Below are positions 53,301 to 64,000 of a stretch of DNA of 64,000 nucleotides, piece by piece. The first letter of the stretch is position 1; each line of letters opens with the position of its first letter. Source of the DNA: Podarcis tiliguerta (lineage: Eukaryota); the NCBI GenBank assembly GCA_965153285.1, contig OZ229122.1; one strand, 5' to 3'. The position numbers were made by a program, and so were the translations under genes. The notes below the pieces were generated by a model. That model was not told where the DNA came from and ran no database searches. It saw only the letters and a list, made by a program, of their open reading frames with translations.

Positions 53301-55231
53301 TCAATTTGGGGTCAACAGGTCATAGATAAGGCAGAAGATGCCCATGGGGTTAAAATACCTTTGAGGTCGTTTATCTGGGGTGTGCAGGTGGCTAAAATCT
53401 TCACATCAATTAAGTAATTTCAAAACCCCTGTCCGTGCTGCTAACTCAGTCAATTCCAAAACTGTGATCTTTAGTCAATAAAATGGGGGGGGGGGATTCC
53501 TCTTCTGTCTTCTGATATTTATTAATGAATTATAAACTCTAAGACAAGTACAAGGAACCTTTTGCCCTCCAGAAACTGCTGAACCACATTTTGCATCTTT
53601 ATGGCCATACTGACAGGGGCTGATGGAAGTTGTAGTTCAGCAACATCAGATCATATGAAAATACCACTTATGAGGTTGGTTTAGCCCACTCCCCGCTTTC
53701 CTGGTTATTTAGCATTCAAAACATTCTGTCTTCAGGTTTCCAAGCTTCTCTACATTGTGATGAGCAAAAGGGGGACGGGACGGAACCAGAGGTGTTTATG
53801 CTGAAGAACTCAAACCTATGAGATCCCTTCTCTCAAGCCCTAACCAATTTCAGTTTCCTCAAACCCTTTCCCAATAATTCTAGGATCCCATCCTATAAGC
53901 CACTGAGCTCTGGCTTTGCTGCCCAGAGAATTAAAGAGTCATTGTTTCCCCATCTGTAGGCCTTCATTCCTCTCCTAAGTACACCCCAGGAGTGTAACAG
54001 GAGGAGGAAAAGGATTATTTAGAACATGCTACTTTTTCCAAATGGGTATCTAGTAAAGAAGCACGGTGGCAGATACTGTAATCACTTCTTCTCCACATCT
54101 TTTCAACAGGGAAGAGAAAATGGGGAGCATAGAGGTGGGCATTCAGGGCTCTAGGTTCTCAGGATGAATGTATCTCACCCAGCACTGAGCTGGAACAGAA
54201 AAACATGCAGAAAAAGCATGACAGAAAGGAAAAGGGGAAAGCCCAATCCCAGTTCAGCACAACACACCTTCTCTGGAGACCTGGCTTGGCCTGTAGCCCA
54301 GCTCTGCTCCACCCCCTGCGTGACAGAAAGAAGGTTTTATTTTCAACATTTAGATGCATTAAGGATAGCTAGAACTTAGATGCATGTTACAAAAGGCAGT
54401 TAATCAAACCAGAGCCACTGAATTAATAACCAAATAGGACCCACCCCAGTAAGGAAAAGGAAATTGAAACTCTGGGAAGGGAGTGTGATCCAGTAAGTTG
54501 AGATTTACCAGGTAAGGAGCAGGTCTGCATGATTCTGTGGAGATGCAGCAGCTGATGGTTTAGGGTAGGATTCCCAACATGGGCTGTCCGAATATTTTTT
54601 TTGGGGGGGAGCAGGAAACTTAGCTTGGGGGATGGGGGTTCACAGCTCCACAAATCAGGTAGACACTATAGGGCTGAGGTAAAGGAAATTGAAATAAGGA
54701 TGCGTTCTAGTGGTGAAAAAAGCATGCTTGTCCCAGGAGTTCAGTTTAGTTTTGGACTAAATGGATAACAGATGCATGAAGGAGTTTGGGGTGTGTGTGT
54801 GAATGGATTGATAAGGGAAAGGATCAGCTGAGGTCTTTGGGAACTAAAGGAAATATTTCAAAATGCTAAGCACCAACACCAAAGCTCGGGGTGCACAAGA
54901 AGCTGGGTTTTTAGTAGCCAGTCTTGAGTTGGCGATGGTGAAGGGCTGGGGAACTTGTGGCTCTCCAGATGTTGCTAGGCTACAACTTTCATCATCCCTG
55001 ACCAATGGTCATGCTGGCTTAGTGTTCATGGGAGCTGGAGTCCAACATCTTCTGGAGGACCAGAGGTGACTTCGTAAAAGTGACCTAGAAGATAGAATAC
55101 TGGATGCAGTTTAAGTTACCTGTCCGGATGCGGTTGCTGAGGTTGTGGCATTTTTCCTTCTTTCCACCGAGGAGACGCAGCTCCTCCTCTGGGTTGCGAT
55201 TTTCATCCATTCCCAGCTCCTCCTTCTGCAT
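50315..55231 (-). CDS. NUFIP2-like protein (paralogue of nuclear FMR1-interacting protein 2), 344 aa, 4 coding exons
   Basis: Exons 55120-55231 (MQKEELGMDEN...NRIRTG; in-frame TGA upstream at 55259-55261), 52126-52965 (...KETWSLFRPLPAFPVDSSSARIIPKISYASKLKENL...HVPASAVRT...QHLGAIFQNEWGLSFINEPGAG...DWQAAKNYHLD), 51356-51388 (33 nt, EWRHIWELHSQ) and 50315-50364 (DPSRVTVYTDTFDGKG*). All three introns are phase 1. The blocks match NUFIP2 as I recall it (WTLFKPPPVFPVDNSSAKIVPKISYASKVKENL; LGDIFQNQWGLSFINEP; EMESIWNLQKQDPKRIITY). Confidence 0.88.
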
Positions 55232-56149
55232 GGCCTCTGACTGTGTGTGATGCAGATCTCAACAGCAATAGAGCTTCGAGGATGTGGAAGGTATTCTTCA
55301 ACCCCAGAGTCCCGACTACAGTCTTGCTCTCAGCCTCCTTTTCAAGCAAAACACCACAGCGTGCCCAGTGACTCTACTCTTCCTCTGTTTCCCTGCACTG
55401 CAAATTAGTAGCCTGTGCCTGAAAGCTATTCACTCTCTTGTAGCGGCAAAAGTCACCTCGGTGGCAGAGAAAGTTGGCAGGTACCCTGCAGAGCTCCCCA
55501 ACAGCAGCTTAAAGGACCAAAGGGAACTACTTCTATTTGTACCTACACTCCTTTCCACCTCTGCAGCTTAGGCTTCAACACCCTACGCTGTATACAAACA
55601 CCTGTATAAAACTTCGGGAGGAAGTTGCCCCCTCGTTTTCCGTTTTAGCTGTCTGTCTGCCCTACAGTACCCCACCCACCCCAGTTAGCGCTTTTCGGCT
55701 GAAAAACCAACCAACCCAAGGATCCAGCCCCAAACGCGGCACCTCCCTACAACCGTAAAAGAAGCTTTCTTCCTTACCAGCAGCAAAAAAAAGCTTTTCC
55801 CCCTTGCTTTTACACCCCCACACTCGAGGCGACTCCCACCCACCCCGCAACCTTTGCTAACAGCTTTGCTGACCGGTAGTCTTTGCTTCTTTAAAAAAAG
55901 CAAAACCCCACCAGCCCAGATCTACCGCCCCCGCTTTTGGGGGTCGCAAACTTCCTCCACAGCCTTTTCCAACCTTTTCGGCCTCCCTTTCCCGGTTCCG
56001 TCAATTAGGGCCCTTGTTTCGTCAGAGCTCAGATAACTCTAGGCCCAGCCTGACGCTCTCAAAATCACTGCCAGGAACCCTGCGCCTGAAGGGGGATCCT
56101 TTTCCCTTTTTTTAAATTAAAAAAAGAGAACCTCCCCAGGAAGGCCCTG

Positions 56150-56480
56150 ACTCAAGGAGCCCCGTCGCTTCCGCCCCGAGCCCCGGCTGCCCGCTTTGCC
56201 TCTGGCCGGCTGCCCCCCAACTACAAGGCGGCCCCCCTGCGCTCCAGCCTCGCTCTCCTCCCTTCACCTTCCTCAGGCCCAGGCGATTCAGCCAAGCCCG
56301 CCCGGCACATTCACCCAGCCAGCCCCCGCCACGTGACCGGTTTCCCCCTTTGGCCTCCTCTGGTCACCTGATCCTCAAAGCGCCGTAGCTTCCGGGGAGG
56401 TAACCGTGCCGCGTGACCCGCCCTCTGTCATGTGATCACTTCGTCTCTCACGTGACTAGAGGGAGCGGCTTCCCCCCCCT
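56150..56480 (-). promoter_or_regulatory. CpG-rich promoter and probable non-coding exon 1 of the NUFIP2-like gene
   Basis: CpG cluster with E-boxes CACGTG at 56330 and 56449, plus variants at 56363, 56410 and 56427. Candidate donor AAG|GTGAAG at 56268/56267. Confidence 0.65.
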
Positions 56481-57213
56481 CCTCCCTGCTTTGCTTCTCC
56501 ACTCTTTGACCCACCCCTTTCTTTCGTACAATTGGGTTGGTTGCGTTTTTCTTGTGGAGCTTAAAAGCACCCCCCGCCATGTAATTATATATATTTTCTC
56601 ATATATAGGCTGCTCCCCTCGAAGAACATTATGGAAAGGGTGAGACCGACTTGGCCCCATCCATAAACCAAAGTGAGTAACAGCCACAGGACTCTTGCTT
56701 CGGCCCCGCTCAGTCCTTGGAATAACAGCTGTGAGGATTTCGCAACTAAAGCTGCAAAGCCTGCCATGTCTGCTCAGAAGTAAGCGCCATTAAATTCAGT
56801 GGAGCTTACTCCGAGGTCAGGATCGCAGCACTAATGCTCTCCACCTTCCAATCTCGTTTCCTTTTGTCAGGTGTTTTAGATTGTAAAGGAGGGAACCATA
56901 TTACTCATTACTGTAAACTGCTTTGCGTGCCTTGGTCGGCTGAAGAGTAGGGTAAAAATACTTTAAATACCATCATAAATAATATACTTGGTGGTGACTC
57001 ACATAGAGCTCAGTGGGGCTTGCTTTTATATATAAAAAATATGTAGAGATTGCAGATTGATTGCAAACTACAGTGTACATATAAGGGTTAAAAGTTTATC
57101 ATCACTTAACTGCAACACTAGGTATTTCATGTTTAAATAATATAGTAATACAAAAAAACCTGCAGAGATACTGTGCAGCACTACTAGGGTAGGCATTGGG
57201 TCATTTTGTAAAC

Positions 57214-57219
57214 TTTATT
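57214..57219 (-). terminator. Distal AATAAA candidate for the KCTD13 3' UTR (a proximal one is at 58402-58407)
   Basis: tttatt on the plus strand in AT-rich UTR-like sequence. Confidence 0.45.
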
Positions 57220-60200
57220 TCAGTTTTTTATACTGTTGGGCCATTGCTATTAACGAACCCAAGCACAGACTAATTGCAGCTGAGAGAAGACTAATTTCCA
57301 GCATAGTAATCTAAGGTTTGTTAACTTCATTCCCTCAAGGCCATTATGGTTTTGCTACTTTAACCCTTGACAATTTGAAAGGTGTAGATCATTGTTGAGG
57401 ATTAAATTAAGTTTTTGTATCATAGCTGCTTATATTTGGAAGAATCAACCACACAGGGAAGGAAGCTACATAAGATATTCTTGCACAGGAGGATGCAGAG
57501 TAGTGTAAGGCTCAGCTGCCTATTAGATTGAGATACATTGTAAACAGTGGGTTCTGCTCTGAATGGGCAAAAGCCTTTGTTTAATCCTGGTATGAGAATC
57601 TATACTAGCAACATACCTCTGCCTGACTCTTCTTCCCTGGGTACGAGACAAGATAGGAAACTACCAAGATATGGAAGCAGGAATACCAAGTTACCAAAAT
57701 ATGGCTTCTTAAAATTAAAACACTCATCCAGCCACTGCATTGTAGCCCATCAAGCCTGCTCAGCCCTTCTGCTTCTTCTCCAAGGCCCCCGTTACAGCAG
57801 CAGCTGCCATCAACTAGTATGAATCAAGGCATACTATTATAAAAAGACAGGCATACTATAATGTTCTCCAATTAAATACCAGCAGTCTGGATAATGACAG
57901 TAGATCTTCCATTTCCTCTGGCCCGAGGCCCTCAACATACAGATGCCCTTCCCCTTCTCTCTTCACAAAATCCAAGGCATCCACCAGACTGCTGAAACGC
58001 TCTCCATTGCTACAATCCAGAAGGGGAGAATTGGAGAAAACTTGCACCCACCTTAAATTTTAGGTTCCTGAAAATCCATAAGGAAGCTCACCTTATTTCC
58101 TTCCACTACTGGAGCAAGCCACAGGCAGGAGATGAACAGAGAAGCTGCCCAAGTGTTAACAAGGTAAGATTTCAAACATGTGCTGCCAACTATGCCAAAA
58201 ACTCCTTCCTCTTTAACAATTGTAATTGTCCAATAAACACAACCCCCAGGGTTAGAAAAAAGGATGATCCAGCTCACTAAAATCACTAATATTCTTTGGG
58301 AAATGTGCCTGTCTAGGCATGGAAAAGCCCTGGAGATACAGATCCTTATCCAGTTAAAACACACACACAACAGGAAACTTCCCCATTTTTAAGCAGGTAC
58401 CTTTATTACAATAATTTAATAGAAAAAAAATATTTTTAAAATAAATTATGCAAATACAAAAAATTACAATAATTAATTCAAGAAAGTTACCTCCTCCAGG
58501 GAGGGGAGGATAGAGATGGGAAAAGAAGAATGGAGGAAAATAATACCTTCTCTCCAGTAAAGTTACCTGCACCAGTCTGCATTTACAGAATGCAATTTCA
58601 CCCTCCCTCTCCACCCACCACCATTAATATCCAAACCCTGTTCCATGAGACAGTTGACTGAAAGGGCTGTTGAAATGTCCCATATTACACTTTGCTGAAG
58701 TTTGTGTGAAGCGGCATACCATTCCCTGTGGCAGGAAGGGGAAATGGTGGCCCTCCAGTTATGGATGGACTACAACTCCCATCAAACCTGATCACTGGCT
58801 AAGCTGGCTGGGGTTGATGGGAGTTGGTAGGCCAATGTATTCTGGAGGACCCCTGATTCCCCCTCCGCCCAACCTTATGGAAAACAAGGGGGTGAAGGCA
58901 TTCCAGGGGCAGAGTGCAAGTGCTCAAACTCTGCAGGAAGAAGTAAGACTTCTGTACCTACACAGATCTATGTCTGAGGAGAGTCACTTGACCATGTTCC
59001 GCTGTTTTGTAATGGTGTGTAGATGCCTATGAAGTGTGGGATTGAAGCGTCTAACATATTTTGATATAAGTCGTACCGGTAAGTGGGACAGAATAGTTTG
59101 GATGGAATCAGGGTCCAGGTCACACAACACTTAAGGAGACAGTCAAACTGTGTTTTTGACCCAGACAAAAAAAATTAAAATAGCAGCTGTTATCTGACTG
59201 ACATCTTTCCCAGAAGGACAATAAGTAATACGAACCAATTTCACGACAGTTACCTCCTGCTCTAATGCAAAGGTTAAAGGTGCCAAGTTTGTATGCATGA
59301 ATATTTTAAGTGGCTGATTAACACTGGATTTAATCTCCTTTGCTCACAGGAGGCTAAATGTAGTGGAAATTATTCCAGAAAAAAAGACACTAATAAATAT
59401 GTTGTATAATCCCAGTTATGTCAATGCCATTATCAAAAAATCTAAATGGAGTGTAGCCAGTTTTTGTCTGAACAATTTATGCATTCTCTTAAATCCAGGC
59501 AGTTGTCTTCAGCAGAGAAGTTAAAAGTAGGCGAACAGAAACCAAGGGTGGGTTGGGGGTTGACCAATAAAAAAACAACTATGTACCATAAAGCGAAGGG
59601 CAGAAGACTCCAGAATGGAGAGATCAAAGTTGGTAAATATGTAAGAACTGACACACCCCTGTCTAGGTAGCACCTCGTCTGTGACCTCTGAAAGAGGCCA
59701 ATAACAGTGTTACAAAATGGAAGTCACCAGTATTAAGCTGAGATGGACTGTAGGCTCCCCTGATTCATATGCTTTGCTCACATATAGCTCTCTCAGTTAT
59801 AATGTTGTTCTTCCATGGATCCTAAGTTTAGAGGACAGTTAAGAGTCAGTTGGTCTCAGGTTGGAAAGGTTTAGGGTCAAGAGGTTTTGAATAAAGGACC
59901 ACAAACCAGGTTTCAGTGGTGTCTTGCAGATTATGAGACAGGTGGGGTGGTGAGGGGAAGTGGGAAGTCGGGTGTTTAAGACTGAAGCATTAGGGGAAAT
60001 AAACAGCTGGAAAGAGCATGCCAGTAAAATGAAGGGGCAGACCAAGAGGTCAATTGTCACAATAAAAAGGAGGGCTTAATAAAGTCAAGGGATAGCAAGA
60101 GGGCAGAAAAGCAGCCCAGAGGGGGAGAGAGGTTAGAAAAGGATGCAAACATCAATGAGAAGACCTTGAGGTGAAAGATCAAAAGGAGAAAACAGCTCCT

Positions 60201-60251
60201 CCTTTGGCACTAAATGGATGGAGTAATGAGGACATTGCGAGCAAGGCGGGA

Positions 60252-62874
60252 TCAGTCTTTGAAAACAGCTTGGTGGCCGTGAGGACGTTCATCATGCATG
60301 ATGTGCCTACGGACATGTATGCGCCGGACACGGTGCTCCCGCCCATCTTCGTCGTCACCTGCACGGAGGGGGCCTCCACCCCCACCTGCCACCCCACCTG
60401 TTGCCTCCAGGAGGGCCTTGTCTGGCACTCGTGGCGTCTCGTAGATCAGGATGTTCAGGGTTTCCTCAAAGATCCGTGCCTCTGGGAACTCCACCTGTGC
60501 ACATGGGGGCAGCAAAGCAAGACCATACTGAGCAACACCAGTTCTGTCCACAGTGTGGTGCAAGTGTTTGGTTTCAAAATGGAATCCTGGGTTCAAATCC
60601 TTGCTTGGTGAACTTGAGCTTTATAGTTTTTTCCAGTTTAACTTAACTCACATAGTGCAAGGCTAAAACTCAACAGCTGCTCTGAACTCCTTGATGCATA
60701 AAATTGTAAGCAGAGCTGCAGTTTCGCTAGGTGGGAAGAACTGGAACTGGGAGAGTTGACCTGAAGTAGCACTTTATCCAGAGAGTCACTTGAGTGGCCT
60801 AGGGGAAAACTTCTTCTTTCTCTCAGGTTCTGTTCTCCCATGTATGGGACCACTCCCTCCACTAAATGCCACCAGAGGGCTACCTAAGGACCACCATGCC
60901 CTGAAGGAAGGAGAGGCCTCGCTTTCAAAAAGTTTTCTTCCCTGTGGCTCTCTCTTTATTGCTTTATAATATAGTATTAATTTATATTGTTTTTTCAAAG
61001 AAAATATGTGATGTTTGCCTGAAAAGCAGTACACACAGGTTCTGCGATCCACACGCTTGCTATCTAAAAATTCACTTATCAGCACATAAAGGACATTCAC
61101 TTATCCAAACAGCCAACTTCCTTACTTCCTTGTTTGTTTCTGCTTTGCTGGTTGGCAGTAGCCATTTTCAGGCAGAAACCACAGAGAGAGGGAGGGAAGG
61201 AGCAAGATCAGACATATTGGAGAGCAGGTACAATTTATCCTGAAGGGGAAAGCTTGTATCTGAAGCTCAGGGGTCTGCACATTACCTTGGTCTGCTTCTT
61301 CTCAGTGGCATACACAATGGAGGTGCAGCAGACTTCGGCAATCTTGCGGCCCTGCCCATAAAACGACCAGCAGCAGATTTCATCCCCAAGAACATCTTTG
61401 ATGAAGAGTACTCGGCCATTGAACCGCAGAGCCAGCTTGTCAAACAGTTCGATATTCTTCAGCAAGTTGTCATCGGAGTTACTGGAGGGGAGGGAAAGGG
61501 AGAAATGGTGATATCCCTTAAGACACCTCTATTACCCAGGAGGTGGAAGTCAAGAATGGGCGACATAGGAGTCAAGAAACAATACCGTTATGCCCAATTC
61601 TAGCAGTTGGGTGTGTGTGTGTTGCATCTTACCTTGTATATGAATACTTATTATTACTTCGGTTATGCAGCAATTTCACCACAGGCTAAGAAAGAAGGAA
61701 AAGAAGGATAAATATGGTGGAAACTATCTTTTTAACCTGCATAAGAGAAGCTGTCACTTTTGCCATTGGACGAGCTACAGTGATTTCATGAAATGTTCAT
61801 ATATGTTCTAACTTCTGGTATGTGTGTGCTCACATCAGGCCCATTTTACGCTGTGTCAACAATATGGAAGGTGCTAAATTATTTCCATGTGTTAAACTGT
61901 GTCACACAGCAAGTCTTCATGACTTGAATGGGTCATGAGACTGGAGTTCCAACCTACGTTTTATAGTAGGCAGCGCTTGGTTTTAGCTAGAAGGCTAAGA
62001 AGCTTTGCAACTTAGGACCTCCACTAAAGGGGGCAGATGCCATCTGCACTCATAAGTATCACCTCACTGGCCCGAAACAAGCAAGAAGACATCTAAGTCA
62101 AGCAGTCTAAAATGGCACAAATCTACACGATCTTCTTGTACTTGAACCTTATGTGACTTCACAGCCTCTTTACCTTGGAACAGCTTGAGATGATCTGCTG
62201 CTCCTCCTTGGGAGAGGTCACCATGGGGATATGGCAGAGGGGGTCATAGGCCTCACTCTTTTGCTAGGCAGAAAAAAATACATACAAATATATTACAACC
62301 TTATTAGAAGCCCTAGAACATGCCACATATTATTAACATACCACACTTACATACTGCCTTTTTACCAGTGCACTCATAGAAGTTTACAAATTAAAACAAA
62401 TGACATACAGTTTATTTAACACATGTAACAAAATAACAGTGGAAGGATGGGGAGGAAGAAGAAAGATATGCAAATTGAGGAATCAGTTTTTAGATAATGT
62501 TGCATGATGGTTACAACCACCAGATGGAACAATCACTGCGGGAGACAGTTCTGAGAGGGAGAGGCCAAGTAGCAGGTCGTCCAAATCAGGCTAAGGCAAG
62601 TGGGCCTTACTAACTCACCTCTTCGTCTCCCCAGTTCCTTCAAACTGCTTGAGGCTCAGAGGAGTCTGCCTGCCTCCTAACTGCTCAGCAGGTGACCAGC
62701 TCACCTGCAGGGCAAGCTGACAGTCTTCAACCAAGCCTTGGATCAAGTAGTACCGGGCCTCAGATAGCACTTCCTCCAGCTCCCGCTGGGATTCAGGGAG
62801 AGACACAGAGCCATCGCGCAAGTAGTTCAGGATGGTTCCAAAATGGCGCCCACTACGGTCAATCAAGATCCAGC
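60252..62874 (-). CDS. KCTD13: KCTD13 (BACURD1/POLDIP1) BTB adaptor for CUL3, exons 2-6; exon 1 lies beyond the window end
   Basis: Exons 62705-62874 ([22 protein letters not shown]...), 62174-62263, 61633-61685 ([17 protein letters not shown]), 61286-61481 ([14 protein letters not shown]...EICCWSFYG...KKQTK) and 60252-60494 ([19 protein letters not shown]...[27 protein letters not shown]). The C-terminus is KCTD13-type rather than TNFAIP1 or KCTD10. Confidence 0.95.
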
Positions 62875-63074
62875 CTGGAAAGGAAGAACTGAATTTTAGT
62901 CTCTGAACAAAAGGGCTTTGGGGGGCAGAAGCAGATACCAGGAGAGAAGGATCTCTTGCACATAAAATTAAAAGTAGCTCTGTTCTGGAGAACACTTTAA
63001 AACATTTAGAGGCAAATCCAAACATTGCTGGCTTTGTATATAATTTTGCTAATGAAGCTACAATATTTTGTTTT

Positions 63075-63480
63075 ATTTTCTATTTAATTTGTATACCGCT
63101 CTATACCCGCCGGTCTCAGGGCAGTTCACAGGATAAAATCATGATATAGAAACACAGAATACATAATCAAAATAAAAGCAGTAGCAACCCAATAACCCCA
63201 CCAACACATTTTAAAAGGGCACTGAATGCCAGTCAACCAAAGGCTTGGTCAAAAAGCAACGTTTCTGCCTGGCACCTAAAGGTGTATAATGAAGGCGACA
63301 GGCGAACCTCCCTGGAGAGAGCATTTCACAAATGGGGAGCCACTGCAGAAAAGGCCTGCTTTTGTGTTTCCACTCTGCAGACCTCTCGTGGAGGAGGCAC
63401 ACGAAGAAGGGCCTCAGAGGATGATCTCGGGGTCTGGGTAAGTTCATACGGAAAGTGGTGGTCCTTGAGGTATTTAGGAT
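63075..63480 (-). mobile_element. L2 LINE 3' fragment in KCTD13 intron 1
   Basis: tttgtataccgc...gggcagttcaca...gagagcatttcacaaatggggagccactgcagaaaaggcc pattern shared with the other L2 copies. Confidence 0.7.
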
Positions 63481-64000
63481 ACGTCCTTGCGGAAATTTAG
63501 GATATTTTATCTCACAAACAAAATGTAAGCATCTAGCTGTAACAGATCCTTGATACCAAGTTATCAAACATTGTCTTTCACTAGAAAGCTGCTCATATCT
63601 TTTAAAAATATGAACCTGAATTTCCCCCCGGGGTTCACTGTTCATCCTATCAGAAGCAGGTGTAAGGTAGTTCTGACAATTTCTTTGCGTCTGCAAAGAA
63701 GCCATACAGAATGACAGATTTCTGTCACCTCCAAAGTGCCACACTTATTCGTAACTAGTTCCTATTACATAATTTATATTCTTGACTGAATTTTCATGCT
63801 ATTTTTAAAAATCACTTTGATTGATCTAATGTTTTGCACTTTTCCTATAGATTTCTTTTGTAATATGCAGTAGTGCTGTTCATGGTTTTGGGGGCTTCTG
63901 GTCTAAAAAGTATTAAAATTTATTTATTTTACTATACCATATAATCTCAGCTGAGCAGGAAACCTGGATTGGGAGAAGGGTTGAGTGGGGAAACAGACTG

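Overview
Vertebrate genomic DNA, very probably from a squamate (lizard): it holds a full-length Sauria SINE, lizard-type L2 3' ends and many short hAT/mariner MITEs. The gene content matches the human 16p11.2 block. All genes are on the minus strand. From high to low coordinates: KCTD13 (exons 2-6); a compact 344-aa NUFIP2 paralogue that I do not know from the mammalian locus; TMEM219, whose long first intron holds an intact single-exon 451-aa PIF/Harbinger transposase-derived gene; and TAOK2, with the complete alpha (transmembrane) isoform and one beta-specific exon. The two main candidates for something new are: (1) an apparently domesticated Harbinger nuclease that seems to share the promoter and first exon of TMEM219 and to end at its own intronic poly(A) site; (2) a probable 2R ohnologue of NUFIP2 retained next to TAOK2. 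Smaller signals are a 225-nt AG-exclusion zone with a distant branch point before the TAOK2-beta exon, a Cys-rich repeat-expanded TAOK2-alpha linker, twin SxIP motifs, and an E-box/CLEAR cluster. Exon boundaries were read by hand from GT-AG sites and frame continuity. Comparisons to human proteins are from memory; no database searches were run.
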